From Pirellulales bacterium (GTDB lineage: Bacteria; Planctomycetota; Planctomycetia; Pirellulales; JALHPA01), in the NCBI GenBank assembly GCA_963829655.1, contig CAWHJG010000002.1:5616917-5680916 (forward strand): a stretch of 64,000 bases of DNA, written 5' to 3'. Each line of letters opens with the position of its first letter. The stretch's first letter is position 1. Positions 56,244 to 64,000 of the stretch are shown here, in pieces. Position numbers and translations under genes: made by a program. The notes under the pieces are model-generated. The model had not been told where the DNA came from. It searched no databases and saw nothing but the letters and a program-made list of their open reading frames with translations.

Positions 56244-56781
56244 TCACGCGTCTTGCTGTGCGCTCACTGACCCCAACCTGCTCTGCGATGCCGTCGAAAG
56301 TTTCCCCCGCTAATCGTAAATTTATAATCCTTTGATGCGTCCTCGACTTGTGCTGCAACATTGCGGTCCACCGTTCGCGAGCCATTGCAAACTGGCTCGG
56401 TGTCGGTGCGTTTGAACTCAAAGCCTGTCCGTCATCCGTTGCTTCTTGAATAGACTTTTCTCGCCCGAGTCCTCGTCGTTCGGCGCCCAGGTGCCGCCGA
56501 TAGGCATCGACCACTTTGTTTTCCGTCATTTTGGCCAAAACGGCCACTAGCTGCTTCGGTGTCTGTATCTGCTCGACGCCCGCCATATCGAAGAAAAACG
56601 ACTTCCAGACCGCTTGGACCAGGTCGTGCGAATCGAGACGAGTTCGAATTCGGCGGCCCAGCCGTCGCCGAACTACAGCCACAATATGAGGACCATATTC
56701 GCCGACAATTTGCCACGCGGCGTCTTCGTCGCCGTTTCGAGCGGACGACAAAAGTGCTTCGAATTCAGTTGTTTCCGGCAT
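56203..56781 (-). CDS. ECF-type sigma-70 family factor
   Basis: Region 2 is (DAAWQIVGEYGPHIVAVVRRRL...HDLVQAVWKSFF). The region 4 HTH is (RIINLRLAGETFDGIAEQVGVSERTARRVI). It lies directly upstream of the kinase. Confidence 0.75.
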   Translation of the reverse strand: MPETTEFEALLSSARNGDEDAAWQIVGEYGPHIVAVVRRRLGRRIRTRLDSHDLVQAVWKSFFFDMAGVEQIQTPKQLVAVLAKMTENKVVDAYRRHLGAERRGLGREKSIQEATDDGQALSSNAPTPSQFAMARERWTAMLQHKSRTHQRIINLRLAGETFDGIAEQVGVSERTARRVIDDLWAEHSSDEA

Positions 56782-57026
56782 GATGGATCTGGACCCCCTC
56801 AGATGTGGCCGCCTTTCAAATCGCAATTATTGTGAGCGCTCCTTGCCCTCTTTGGTTTGACCAGCCGCAGATTTTACCTGGGTAGCAAACCAATAACAAT
56901 TGTCTTGACAGTGACCGCCGAACTAACCGTGCCAGAATTCGAGAAAGCCAACCTGTGATCTTTGATTACCATCGCACGTGAATTATAGTGTTGAGCGATC
57001 GCGCAATAGGCACACGGAGTCAAATC

Positions 57027-57374
57027 ATGCCACGCAAGAAAACCAAAGGGCCAAACAAGAGTGCTGTGATTCGGGAGCATCTCGATCAGCACAGAGAGGC
57101 AAAGCCCCGAGAAATCGTCGCCGCGTTAAAAGAGAAGGGCATCGTCGTATCACCGCAAATGGTCTCGCAGATCAAAAACAAGTACAAAAAACACCGACGC
57201 CGCAAGGTCGATCACGGGGTCGGGAATGTTCTTGTTAAGGGTCGCCGTGCGCGTCCGAGAAAGAACGGCAAGCTATCAATCGACCAGCTCATAGCGGTCA
57301 AGCGACTTGCCGATGAGGTTGGAGGTGTCCAAGTCGCCAGAGATGCGTTGGACGTGTTAGCGAGGCTGACCTAG
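57027..57374 (+). CDS. Small basic protein, possible DNA-binding
   Basis: 115 aa, MPRKKTKGPNKSAVIREHLDQHREAKPREIVAALKEKGIVVSPQMVSQIKNKYKK... It is lysine/arginine-rich. Confidence 0.5.
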   Translation: MPRKKTKGPNKSAVIREHLDQHREAKPREIVAALKEKGIVVSPQMVSQIKNKYKKHRRRKVDHGVGNVLVKGRRARPRKNGKLSIDQLIAVKRLADEVGGVQVARDALDVLARLT

Positions 57375-57499
57375 AATTCGATTGCCGTCCTTTTTTTGGA
57401 GGCGCCTCCTTCACCTCCATCTGCCAATAGGTGTGCGGGCCAAGCGTCATCAACCGCACGCAGCCCGGCGTCTCTGCGGGCGAGTTTTCGCTGCGCCTA

Positions 57500-58264
57500 T
57501 CACTGCAACACAAGCAGTTTACGACTTTCCTCGCTGTCAATTTCCACGTCGCTGTCGTTCTCATCCAGGCGTCTGATGATCTCGCATCCAACAAGAAAAC
57601 CATCCTCCAGCTTTTCATGACGAAGTATCCTCGCGACAACTGGAACGACATTCGGCTCGTTTCCAAGACGGGCAACTAGTTGTGTGAAGCGAACTCGATC
57701 GGGCGAGATGAAGGTAAAGCCGCCTGTCGAAAGGTCGTTGAACCAAACGTTATAGAAATCCGAGGGTGAGGGAAGTCCACCACCCAAGTATGGAGCAATC
57801 CTTTGATTTCGACGGTACGAGAATCGACGAGTCTTTCGTCGTTCTTCGGGAGTTGATTTCTTGCTTGGAAACCATGCTTGGGTCGCCAAGTCGGCGACAT
57901 CTGATTCCCCGGGACTAGAGTATGCATCTGGCGTAGTTCGACCTGCTGCTGACGCCGATTGCTCAATGCAACCAATGACCTGAAATAGCTGTTCAAAAAC
58001 ACCGCGCATGAGGTGTCGAGTCGGTGGTGCATTGCAGTCTGTGAGCGTTGTGAACTCGGCCTTGAGTTGGACGAGGGAAGCGACGTGATTCGACAACTCT
58101 CTAAGGGCCTTCATCAAAATGACTGGGTCAACTGCCGGCGGCTCGGGCTTTGGTTCATTGGCACGCCGCACGAGCCAGCCGACAGTAACGCCGAGCAACA
58201 AGTTCAAAACCGCCACGAGCAGATACGCGGCGGCAGAATCTAATTCCATTGGCCACCTGGACAA
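57500..58264 (-). CDS. Membrane-anchored PilZ-domain (c-di-GMP binding) protein
   Basis: An N-terminal TM (AAAYLLVAVLNLLLGVTVGWLV) is followed by the PilZ motifs RRKTRR and NDLSTGG. Confidence 0.65.
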   Translation of the reverse strand: MSRWPMELDSAAAYLLVAVLNLLLGVTVGWLVRRANEPKPEPPAVDPVILMKALRELSNHVASLVQLKAEFTTLTDCNAPPTRHLMRGVFEQLFQVIGCIEQSASAAGRTTPDAYSSPGESDVADLATQAWFPSKKSTPEERRKTRRFSYRRNQRIAPYLGGGLPSPSDFYNVWFNDLSTGGFTFISPDRVRFTQLVARLGNEPNVVPVVARILRHEKLEDGFLVGCEIIRRLDENDSDVEIDSEESRKLLVLQ

Positions 58265-58276
58265 GCTAAATGTGGA

Positions 58277-58498
58277 CTAGGCGTGGGTCGAGCGATGGTG
58301 ATCCATCGCACCCGCCTTCGTGATAGCGAGCGCTTCCTGAAGCGATTCAGCGAGCCGATCCACGTAGTGGTAGATGCCGCAGGTCTCGCACATCCACCCA
58401 CCACGGAAGCCCTCGCCCGTGCACGAAATGGCGAGGCTGTAAGGAATGCGGTTTATTTCCAGTTCTCGGTGGATTGGCTCGGATTCCAGAGATTGCAT
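58277..58498 (-). CDS. Small hypothetical protein upstream of the PilZ gene
   Basis: 73 aa from MQSLESEPIH. It contains CETCG. The gap to the PilZ ORF is 12 nt. Confidence 0.4.
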   Translation of the reverse strand: MQSLESEPIHRELEINRIPYSLAISCTGEGFRGGWMCETCGIYHYVDRLAESLQEALAITKAGAMDHHRSTHA

Positions 58499-58765
58499 GG
58501 CATGTCCTTTGTGCTTCTCAAAGGTATCCCATCGTGGCGAATGGTCAAAAACTCTGCAGTGAACCACATGTGCTTATGACGATCGAACAGCGTGTAGCAG
58601 TCAACCCGCTAGTCGATCCGCTTTGAAACATGCGCCAGTGACAGCAGAGTGTCACGACAAGAGCGACGTCATTCGAAGTAGTTGCGTGCGGGGATTTTTA
58701 TTGCGCCAGCCTTGCCGTGATCTAGATTGGTATGGCTGCGACACGCAGCATCCTAGTTCGCCTGA

Positions 58766-58809
58766 CCCCTCACGCACCTTTGCCCCAGTGCGTGAGGGGT
58801 TTCTTGTTG
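58766..58809 (+). terminator. Rho-independent terminator-like hairpin (plus orientation)
   Basis: The 12-bp perfect stem is cccctcacgcac / gtgcgtgagggg (58766-58777 / 58788-58799) with a 10-nt loop, followed by tttcttgtt. No credible plus-strand CDS lies upstream. Confidence 0.6.
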
Positions 58810-59207
58810 CGCTCATCAAGTTGGCGTTGCGCAATTCCAGATCCTGCTCGTTCGGTTCCTTTAAGAATGTACTCCGACTGTTTTCATTGCTAATTACTCC
58901 CGCACCGAGAAGTCTCACAAGAAATTAATGGGCGACTTTGAGCGATTCAATCGCCAGACGCCGAGTGTCGTCTCCGGTGCCGGTTCATACGAAACCCCTC
59001 TACACTTGTCGGCTCCTGGAACTACAGAAAAACACATAACGCCCGAGCGATCGCTTCCAAAGAAGGGCTCCCCGCGCGAGGGAGTTCTGGCCTAGCGTGC
59101 GGGCAGCCGTCACCACGCGCAACGTAGCGCCTTGCAGATCGCTGGCTGTTGACTCTTAAAACGAGCCGTCCAGCATGAGTTTGCGGCCCTCCGTCGCCAG
59201 CGGATCT

Positions 59208-60116
59208 CTAGAAGTCTGCGAGCAGCTTACGACCGATCACCTTTGGGCTTCGGTCGGCTTCGAAAAGCCCCCAGTGGGGTTCGACGGGAAGGTGGTCCTT
59301 CCACGGAAGATCGAACGCTTCAAAGTATACGAACCGCACCTTCGTTTTTGAGAGAATGTTATAGTATTGTGCTTGATTCTCCTCTGACAAGTCCTCGCCC
59401 GGCCGACCTTGGGTCGGTAAACCGACCTCTTTGAAAAGCACAAACTTTCTCGTTTTTGCACTGAGCCGGTCGTAGGACCGCTGGGTCCATTCGGCTGCCT
59501 TCGTGGGGTCCAGCACACTATGAAAGTACGGATGTGCGTTCGGAAAGACCCAGTCGCCAAGCTGAACTAGCCTCACATCGTCGTAGTCCTCAATCTGTTC
59601 CGTTGTGGTGACCGGTTTCTCGGTCATCCGGCGAATTTGTTCCACGGAGTCCCTCAGTTCTCTCAAACTATACCGATCGTCCAGACCTTCATTACCGACG
59701 CAATACCCAAGAACTATCCTATTTCCCGAGGCAGCCGCTGCAGCTTCCAATTCCCGGTTATTTGTTGGGTCCCAGATGCCTAAGATCAGTCCTTCAAACC
59801 CTGCTGCCAGCGCAGCGCGGGGTAATTCTCGGCCAGCAACGCCGCCGCAACCATACGTGACAAGTCCGCCGAACTTCGCCTTGCGCAGTAACGCGAGGTC
59901 CGCTTCAAGCGAATCGATTGTGGGTTCTTTTCCCTTCTCCGGATTCGCATTCGTTGGAAAGTATCCCACCCACCTTATTTCGCTAACCTTTTCTCGCCAT
60001 TGGACCATGCTTGAATCAACATCGTCGGCCCTAGAATCGGCTACCGAAATGCTTGCTCCCAAAAGGAAGCCGCACCACAAAACTCGAAACCAGACAACGC
60101 GAACACGAACAAACAT
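59208..60116 (-). CDS. Glycoside hydrolase family 17-like beta-1,3-glucanase (secreted)
   Basis: The start MFVRVRVVWFRVLWCGFLLGASISVA is signal-like. It contains YCVGNEGL (acid/base context), FKEVGLPTQG (nucleophile context) and EPHWGLFEADRSPK. Confidence 0.65.
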   Translation of the reverse strand: MFVRVRVVWFRVLWCGFLLGASISVADSRADDVDSSMVQWREKVSEIRWVGYFPTNANPEKGKEPTIDSLEADLALLRKAKFGGLVTYGCGGVAGRELPRAALAAGFEGLILGIWDPTNNRELEAAAAASGNRIVLGYCVGNEGLDDRYSLRELRDSVEQIRRMTEKPVTTTEQIEDYDDVRLVQLGDWVFPNAHPYFHSVLDPTKAAEWTQRSYDRLSAKTRKFVLFKEVGLPTQGRPGEDLSEENQAQYYNILSKTKVRFVYFEAFDLPWKDHLPVEPHWGLFEADRSPKVIGRKLLADF

Positions 60117-60135
60117 ACCGGTCCTCCATAGCAAG

Positions 60136-60701
60136 CTACTTCGTAACTGGTGCAGGTTCAAAATTGTCGGCAATGCGGCTATTTGCCTTTCTAGCTGGAT
60201 CCCAAAAACCGTCGAATCGTGGGTCAAAGACTCGCGAGTACTAAGTCGCGCAGCCGCCTCGTAGGCCGTCTTCGCCTTCACAAGTCTGGACCTCTTCTCA
60301 GCTCCTGTGCTCTGACTAGCGAGTTCATAGTGAGCTTCGCCTTGTATGTAATAGCAGGCGGCAACATCATTTAGCGGGCCACGATTAAAGATCTCCTCCA
60401 TCTTTTTTCGATCAGCGATTTTACCTACGCCCGGACTGGGTTCTTTGTTTTTCTTCAACTCCTGTTGGAGTTCTTCTGCATCACGCCGAAACTCCTTAAT
60501 ACACTGCTCTGCCCTACGAATAGCTGCCTCGTAATCGTTGGCCCTGAGTGCCTCCCAAGCCTTTGTTGTCATAAGCTCATTTGGCGGAACCTCCTTTTTC
60601 TCTTGTGACTCACTAATAGTTGCCGACGCGCTCAACATAATGAATAGAACAAAGGTACGGCTGTCAGAATTCGCATACCCGGCTTTTGCAAGTAACCTCA
60701 T
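60136..60701 (-). CDS. TPR-like secreted protein or lipoprotein with a probable frame break
   Basis: MRLLAKAGYANSDSRTFVLFIMLSASA...AWEALRANDYEAAIRRAEQCI. After ~60232 the sensible continuation YSRVFDPRFDGFWDPARKANSRIADNFEPAPVTK* is in another frame and stops at 60136. The listed 497-aa ORF fuses this gene to the GH17 gene. Confidence 0.5.
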
Positions 60702-60735
60702 TTCGATCTCCTTTTTGAAGCGAGTTGCTGCCGAC

Positions 60736-61800
60736 TCATCGATACAGCTTTAGCCTTGTGGGGTCATCGGGTTCTATCCTCATCGATCGAAGAATGCCTC
60801 TTACGTCCAACAATAGTCTTCTAATGTCAAGAAATATTCGTCGGACGACCGGCATGATATATCGCCCGACACGAACGTCACTCAGGTCAACTATCCACAA
60901 TTTCAAGCTTTTGACTTTTGCTTCAGACCAGCACGTCTCCAGTTTGCGCGGCCATAGCCAAGACATCAGATTAATCGCCCCGACCCCGACAAAATATAAA
61001 AACACAATTAGCCACAGCCATGTCAGATACCGCAGCCTGGCGTTTATCGCAACCAGGGCTGAATCGTGTGCTGCAATGACAGCATCCGCACGCTCGAAAC
61101 GCCTCGCTCTCAACGTGTTTTGGGATTCTTTAAGCGCTCGTGCCCACCGGCAGCACTCCCAAAGGTCAAACTCCTCAGCGCGTTGTCGGGCTTGCGACGA
61201 GATCTCTGTTAAAGCGGTGACTATCTCACGTTCGAGATTGCCCTCTCTGGATGAATCGCTGAGTAATGCAAGCAACGGCGAAATGGAATCACGAGCTTCC
61301 GCGCAAACTGGCGCAACAATTTTATGATCTCAGCTTGGAGTTCGGAATCGCCATTCGCCTGACTTAATGCTACTGTCAGCGCGGGAACGGTCGACTTCGA
61401 ATCAGGACGCAACACACCCAACGAACGTGCTGCTTGAAGTCGTAGCAGTCGCTCAGAACTTGATCGCGTCAATGCGGATGATAACGCCGCTCCGGCGCAT
61501 CCGTTGTTTGGCCGATACTCCCCAGCGTCGCCGCCGCCTGAGCGGCCAGTTCATCATTCTCTGTTTCGACGATTTCCGTCAGAACAGGCACAGCCGCCAC
61601 TGCGAGGGCAGCATGAGCATCGACTACTTCGATTGCCAGACGTCTGAGATATCGATCTCGTCGTTTCTCGCCAATCAATTCGATAATTACCGGTAAGGCC
61701 ACGGACGCTTGCGGGCCACCGTCTCGCAGCTCCCGAAGTATTATCGCGGTATCGGCATTGCTGCGACCGTGCCGGAGCTCCTCAAGACGACTCTCAACCG
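60736..61800 (-). CDS. HEAT-repeat protein with a C-terminal TM segment, fragmented over three ORFs
   Basis: The HEAT-like repeats are (AAVPVLTEIVETENDELAAQAAATLGSIG; LQAARSLGVL...VPALTVALSQANGDSELQAEIIKLL; EIVTALTEIS). ORFs 61469..61702, 61221..61472 and 60736..61275 overlap in different frames. Confidence 0.5.
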
Positions 61801-62541
61801 CCGACGCACAAGTTCATTTCCAGTGCACACGCTGGCAAAGTGAACTATTGCGGCGATAATCACGGGGCGAAGGCTCATCGCGCATTTTGCATATAAGAAT
61901 CAACTCTGTCCCTTTCCACGCACCCGGACAAGCTATAGGCCAACGAGCTACCATTCTAACAGTCACCGATCTGTGGCGAACGAGAACATGAAGATTGCTC
62001 GCGCAATAACACCCACACACTGCACAAGGGTGACACACGTATGGCACCCTCTCCCGCGCAGGGCGCAACTCGTTATTCCGCGACGCGTGCAACTCAACGT
62101 TGCTCGAGCGTTAGAAGCTGCTCAGTCCGGCGGTAGTATTTTCTGAGAGTGTCACGAGACCCAGCAATCAGAATCAACTACCCCATCAGAAAAAGAAGGT
62201 CCTTCCCGCGACTCGTTTGCACTGAGTGGAGTCGAAGAACATCGCTCCTTCGCCTGCGGTGTGATTCGGCAACTCCGGATTTAGGAGTGCGCCGCTCCGT
62301 GACGGCTACTCTATTTATCACGCGATGCCGGCGGCTGCTTGTGGGGCCACTTTGTACTGACCGCACGACCGGTCGATGCCTGCCCCGTCGGTGGCGGTAT
62401 GTTAGCAGACTTGCACTCTGCCAAGCGCGTTTGGCAGATGGCGATGAGAGCATTTCCAGCCCGGCCGGGGCTGCCATGAACAGTTGCACGATGGCGTCAG
62501 GTCGGAGGTCGCGGGTTTGTCGTAGATTTTAGCCCGTCGTG

Positions 62542-62700
62542 CTACAGTGGTTTCATCGCACCTCGCCAAGTGCAAACGGTACCACTTTCGAAATTAAGCC
62601 AGAGCGCCGCACTGGTCCCGAACGCCGCCGCCAGCTCTTGTGCGGTTTCGGGAGTAATCGCTTTCTTGCCGTTCAGTATTTCGTTCAAGGCTCGGACCGG
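62542..62700 (-). pseudogene. C-terminal remnant of a HigA/VapI-type XRE antitoxin
   Basis: ...ALNEILNGKKAITPETAQELAAAFGTSAALWLNFES matches the HigA helix-turn-helix C-terminal half. It is fused in frame to the transposase remnant. Confidence 0.55.
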
Positions 62701-62704
62701 CCAC

Positions 62705-63420
62705 TCGAGGATATCCCAACGAATTCGGAGACGACGGAACTGGTGAAGCCAGGCGATGGTGCGTTCGACCGGCCATCGCACCTTGCCAAGCCCGCGACTG
62801 GAGTCGCCGCGATGTGGAATGATCGGATGAATCCCCAACCACTTAAGCAGAGCGCGAAAATCCTTGGCGTCGTAGGCCTTATCAGCCACGAGCGTCGGGC
62901 GCGTGCGCGGTCGACCGGGCTTTCCCTTCACCGGCGGAACGTCGACGACGGTGGGCAGCGCGGACATGACGTCGTGCGTGTTGGCGGCAGAGATAGTGAC
63001 CGCCAAGGGTATGCCTACCGCGTCGGTCACACAACTCGTCCAGAAGCAATTTGCCGGCCATGGCGATTCCTCCTGGGACCAACGATGAATGCCCAACTCA
63101 AAGCCAGCATCTTGGTTCACCCTTGAAAAATCTCAAATAGCGGTTTTGTCCGAAGACTCGTAGTTGCCTTCGTTTCGCGAAGCGAAGGTAGTTCGTGACG
63201 GCAGTTCTGAAAGTCGTAGCCATTGGCAAGCTCCAGGCGCCGCCGGTGCTCGCCTCAATACCCGATTCTCCGACCCGTTGCGCACGATGCCTCGTGCTGG
63301 CTTTCGCCTCACGTCCATTGGGCGACGATTGAGGGAATGTGAGACGCACGCTGCGTCGCGCTGCCCGTCGAGGACAATCTGCACATGCCGCCGCTGCCAC
63401 ATCGAACACGAGCCGAATTC
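62705..63420 (-). mobile_element. IS5-family (IS427-like) transposase remnant
   Basis: The DDE part is GIPLAVTISAANTHDV...LVADKAYDAKDFRALLKWLGIHPIIPHR...RWPVERTIAWLHQFRRLRIRWD. The N-terminal part (…RKPARGIVRNGSENRVL / STGGAWSLPMATTFRTAVTNYLRFAKRRQLRVFG) is spread over two frames. The 3' end is missing. Confidence 0.65.
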
Positions 63421-63769
63421 CGCCGTCGACCACGGAGTGTCGGACCGGTGCCGTTCGTGCGTGCCGTGTACAACGCCAGTCGATGCGACCGAGGCAGGAA
63501 AATCGCCGGTCCAAAGGCGAAAGGGCGATTATAGGGCGGTCCATGGCGAGCGAACCCGTGGGGCCGGGCCTGAGTGGAGGGTCACGATCGAGCCCTTGTG
63601 GCGATTTCGTCGAAATCGCCAGGCTGCATTGCAGTTCGTTTGGTACACGCACGCGCCGTCGCACATGTTGATTACTCGTACCCCACCGTCCACAATACTG
63701 CTCGCTTCAGACAGTTCGCGACCTATTCTGCGGCAACGGCTTCGAAGGCTAAGAGGGGTAAAACTTAAA

Positions 63770-64000
63770 ATGTCAAAGCCATTACCTGCTGGTCCATATC
63801 GGATGATTTCACGTCGGATCCCATTTTATATGATTCGCTTCGATGCCCGTGGCACCTGTGCATCGCCCTCGACGAAGGAACATTGCATCGATCACATAAT
63901 AACGCAGTTCAAGGACCAATCGTGCCACGTGTTCGTCTTCTGCCATGGGTGGAACAATGATTGGACATTTGCCGTAGGACGGTACAAGGAATTCATCGAC
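63770..64000 (+). CDS. Partial CDS (5' end), possible alpha/beta hydrolase
   Basis: MSKPLPAGPYRMISRRIPFYMIRFDARGTCASP...HVFVFCHGWNNDWTFAVGRYKEFID. It runs off the right edge. The family guess is weak. Confidence 0.4.
   Translation, partial: MSKPLPAGPYRMISRRIPFYMIRFDARGTCASPSTKEHCIDHIITQFKDQSCHVFVFCHGWNNDWTFAVGRYKEFID

Noticed and set aside
59208-60701. The single 497-aa ORF, read as a TPR-GH17 fusion protein.
   Set aside because: The middle of the ORF (…THDSTVFGIQLERQIAALPTILNLHQLRSSLLWRTG) is not protein-like. A signal-peptide-like Met (MFVRVRVVWF…) begins the GH17 part at 60116. The upstream gene has a sensible alternative-frame ending that stops at 60136. Two genes plus one frame break is the simpler reading.
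1-64000. I looked for a CRISPR array, and for a diversity-generating retroelement acting on the variable lectin-like modules.
   Set aside because: I noticed no short regularly spaced direct repeats. No reverse transcriptase ORF or template-repeat/variable-repeat pair with adenine-specific differences is present. The differences between modules are spread over all bases.

Overview
This 64-kb window reads like an accessory region of a Planctomycetota (Pirellulales-type) genome. That placement is an inference from SHD1-domain proteins, an ECF sigma/Ser-Thr kinase pair, arginine-rich 'LE.R' N-termini and giant YD-repeat proteins; there is no rRNA or tRNA here to confirm it.

Layout:
(1) 1-26.5 kb holds two giant paralogous RHS/YD-repeat polymorphic-toxin genes in inverted orientation. 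Copy 1 is on the minus strand, starting at 8675 and running off the left edge. Copy 2 is on the plus strand, 17238..26044, with a C-terminal toxin after a DPTGL motif and a small membrane-anchored immunity candidate. Each copy is divergently paired with a GT-B glycosyltransferase. Each has 5-7 lectin-like (golvesin/Xly-CBD-like) modules intercalated between its YD repeats. Between the two loci lie an IS3 remnant and an SHD1-TPR-trypsin-like protease-zinc finger gene.
(2) 26.5-37.4 kb is an island that looks slightly lower in GC by eye. It is bounded by a transposase fragment and by a deleted second copy of the 12.2-14.9 kb segment. It carries defence-like genes (Mrr-type nuclease, Schlafen/AlbA_2 protein), three tandem unannotated short ORFs sharing a motif, an HExxH-protein operon and chimeric gene fragments.
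(3) 37.4-50.8 kb carries membrane proteins, then a dense hydrolase cluster (M10 metzincin, MBL-fold protein, thermolysin-like zincin, lipase-S8 subtilase fusion), then a catalase-related protein with a di-haem peroxidase.
(4) 50.8-64 kb carries an HTH-WYL regulator, a third glycosyltransferase next to another 'LE.R'-type secreted protein, a Ser/Thr kinase-TPR gene with its ECF sigma factor, a PilZ protein, a GH17 glucanase, a HEAT-repeat gene and an IS5 remnant fused to a higA remnant.

Caveat: about two dozen otherwise intact genes are interrupted by single-nucleotide frame breaks, and I saw no in-frame nonsense substitutions. I cannot tell from sequence alone whether these are assembly indel errors or real lesions. 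One break falls at the same CCC-C site in both RHS paralogs. No CRISPR array, rRNA or convincing tRNA was seen.
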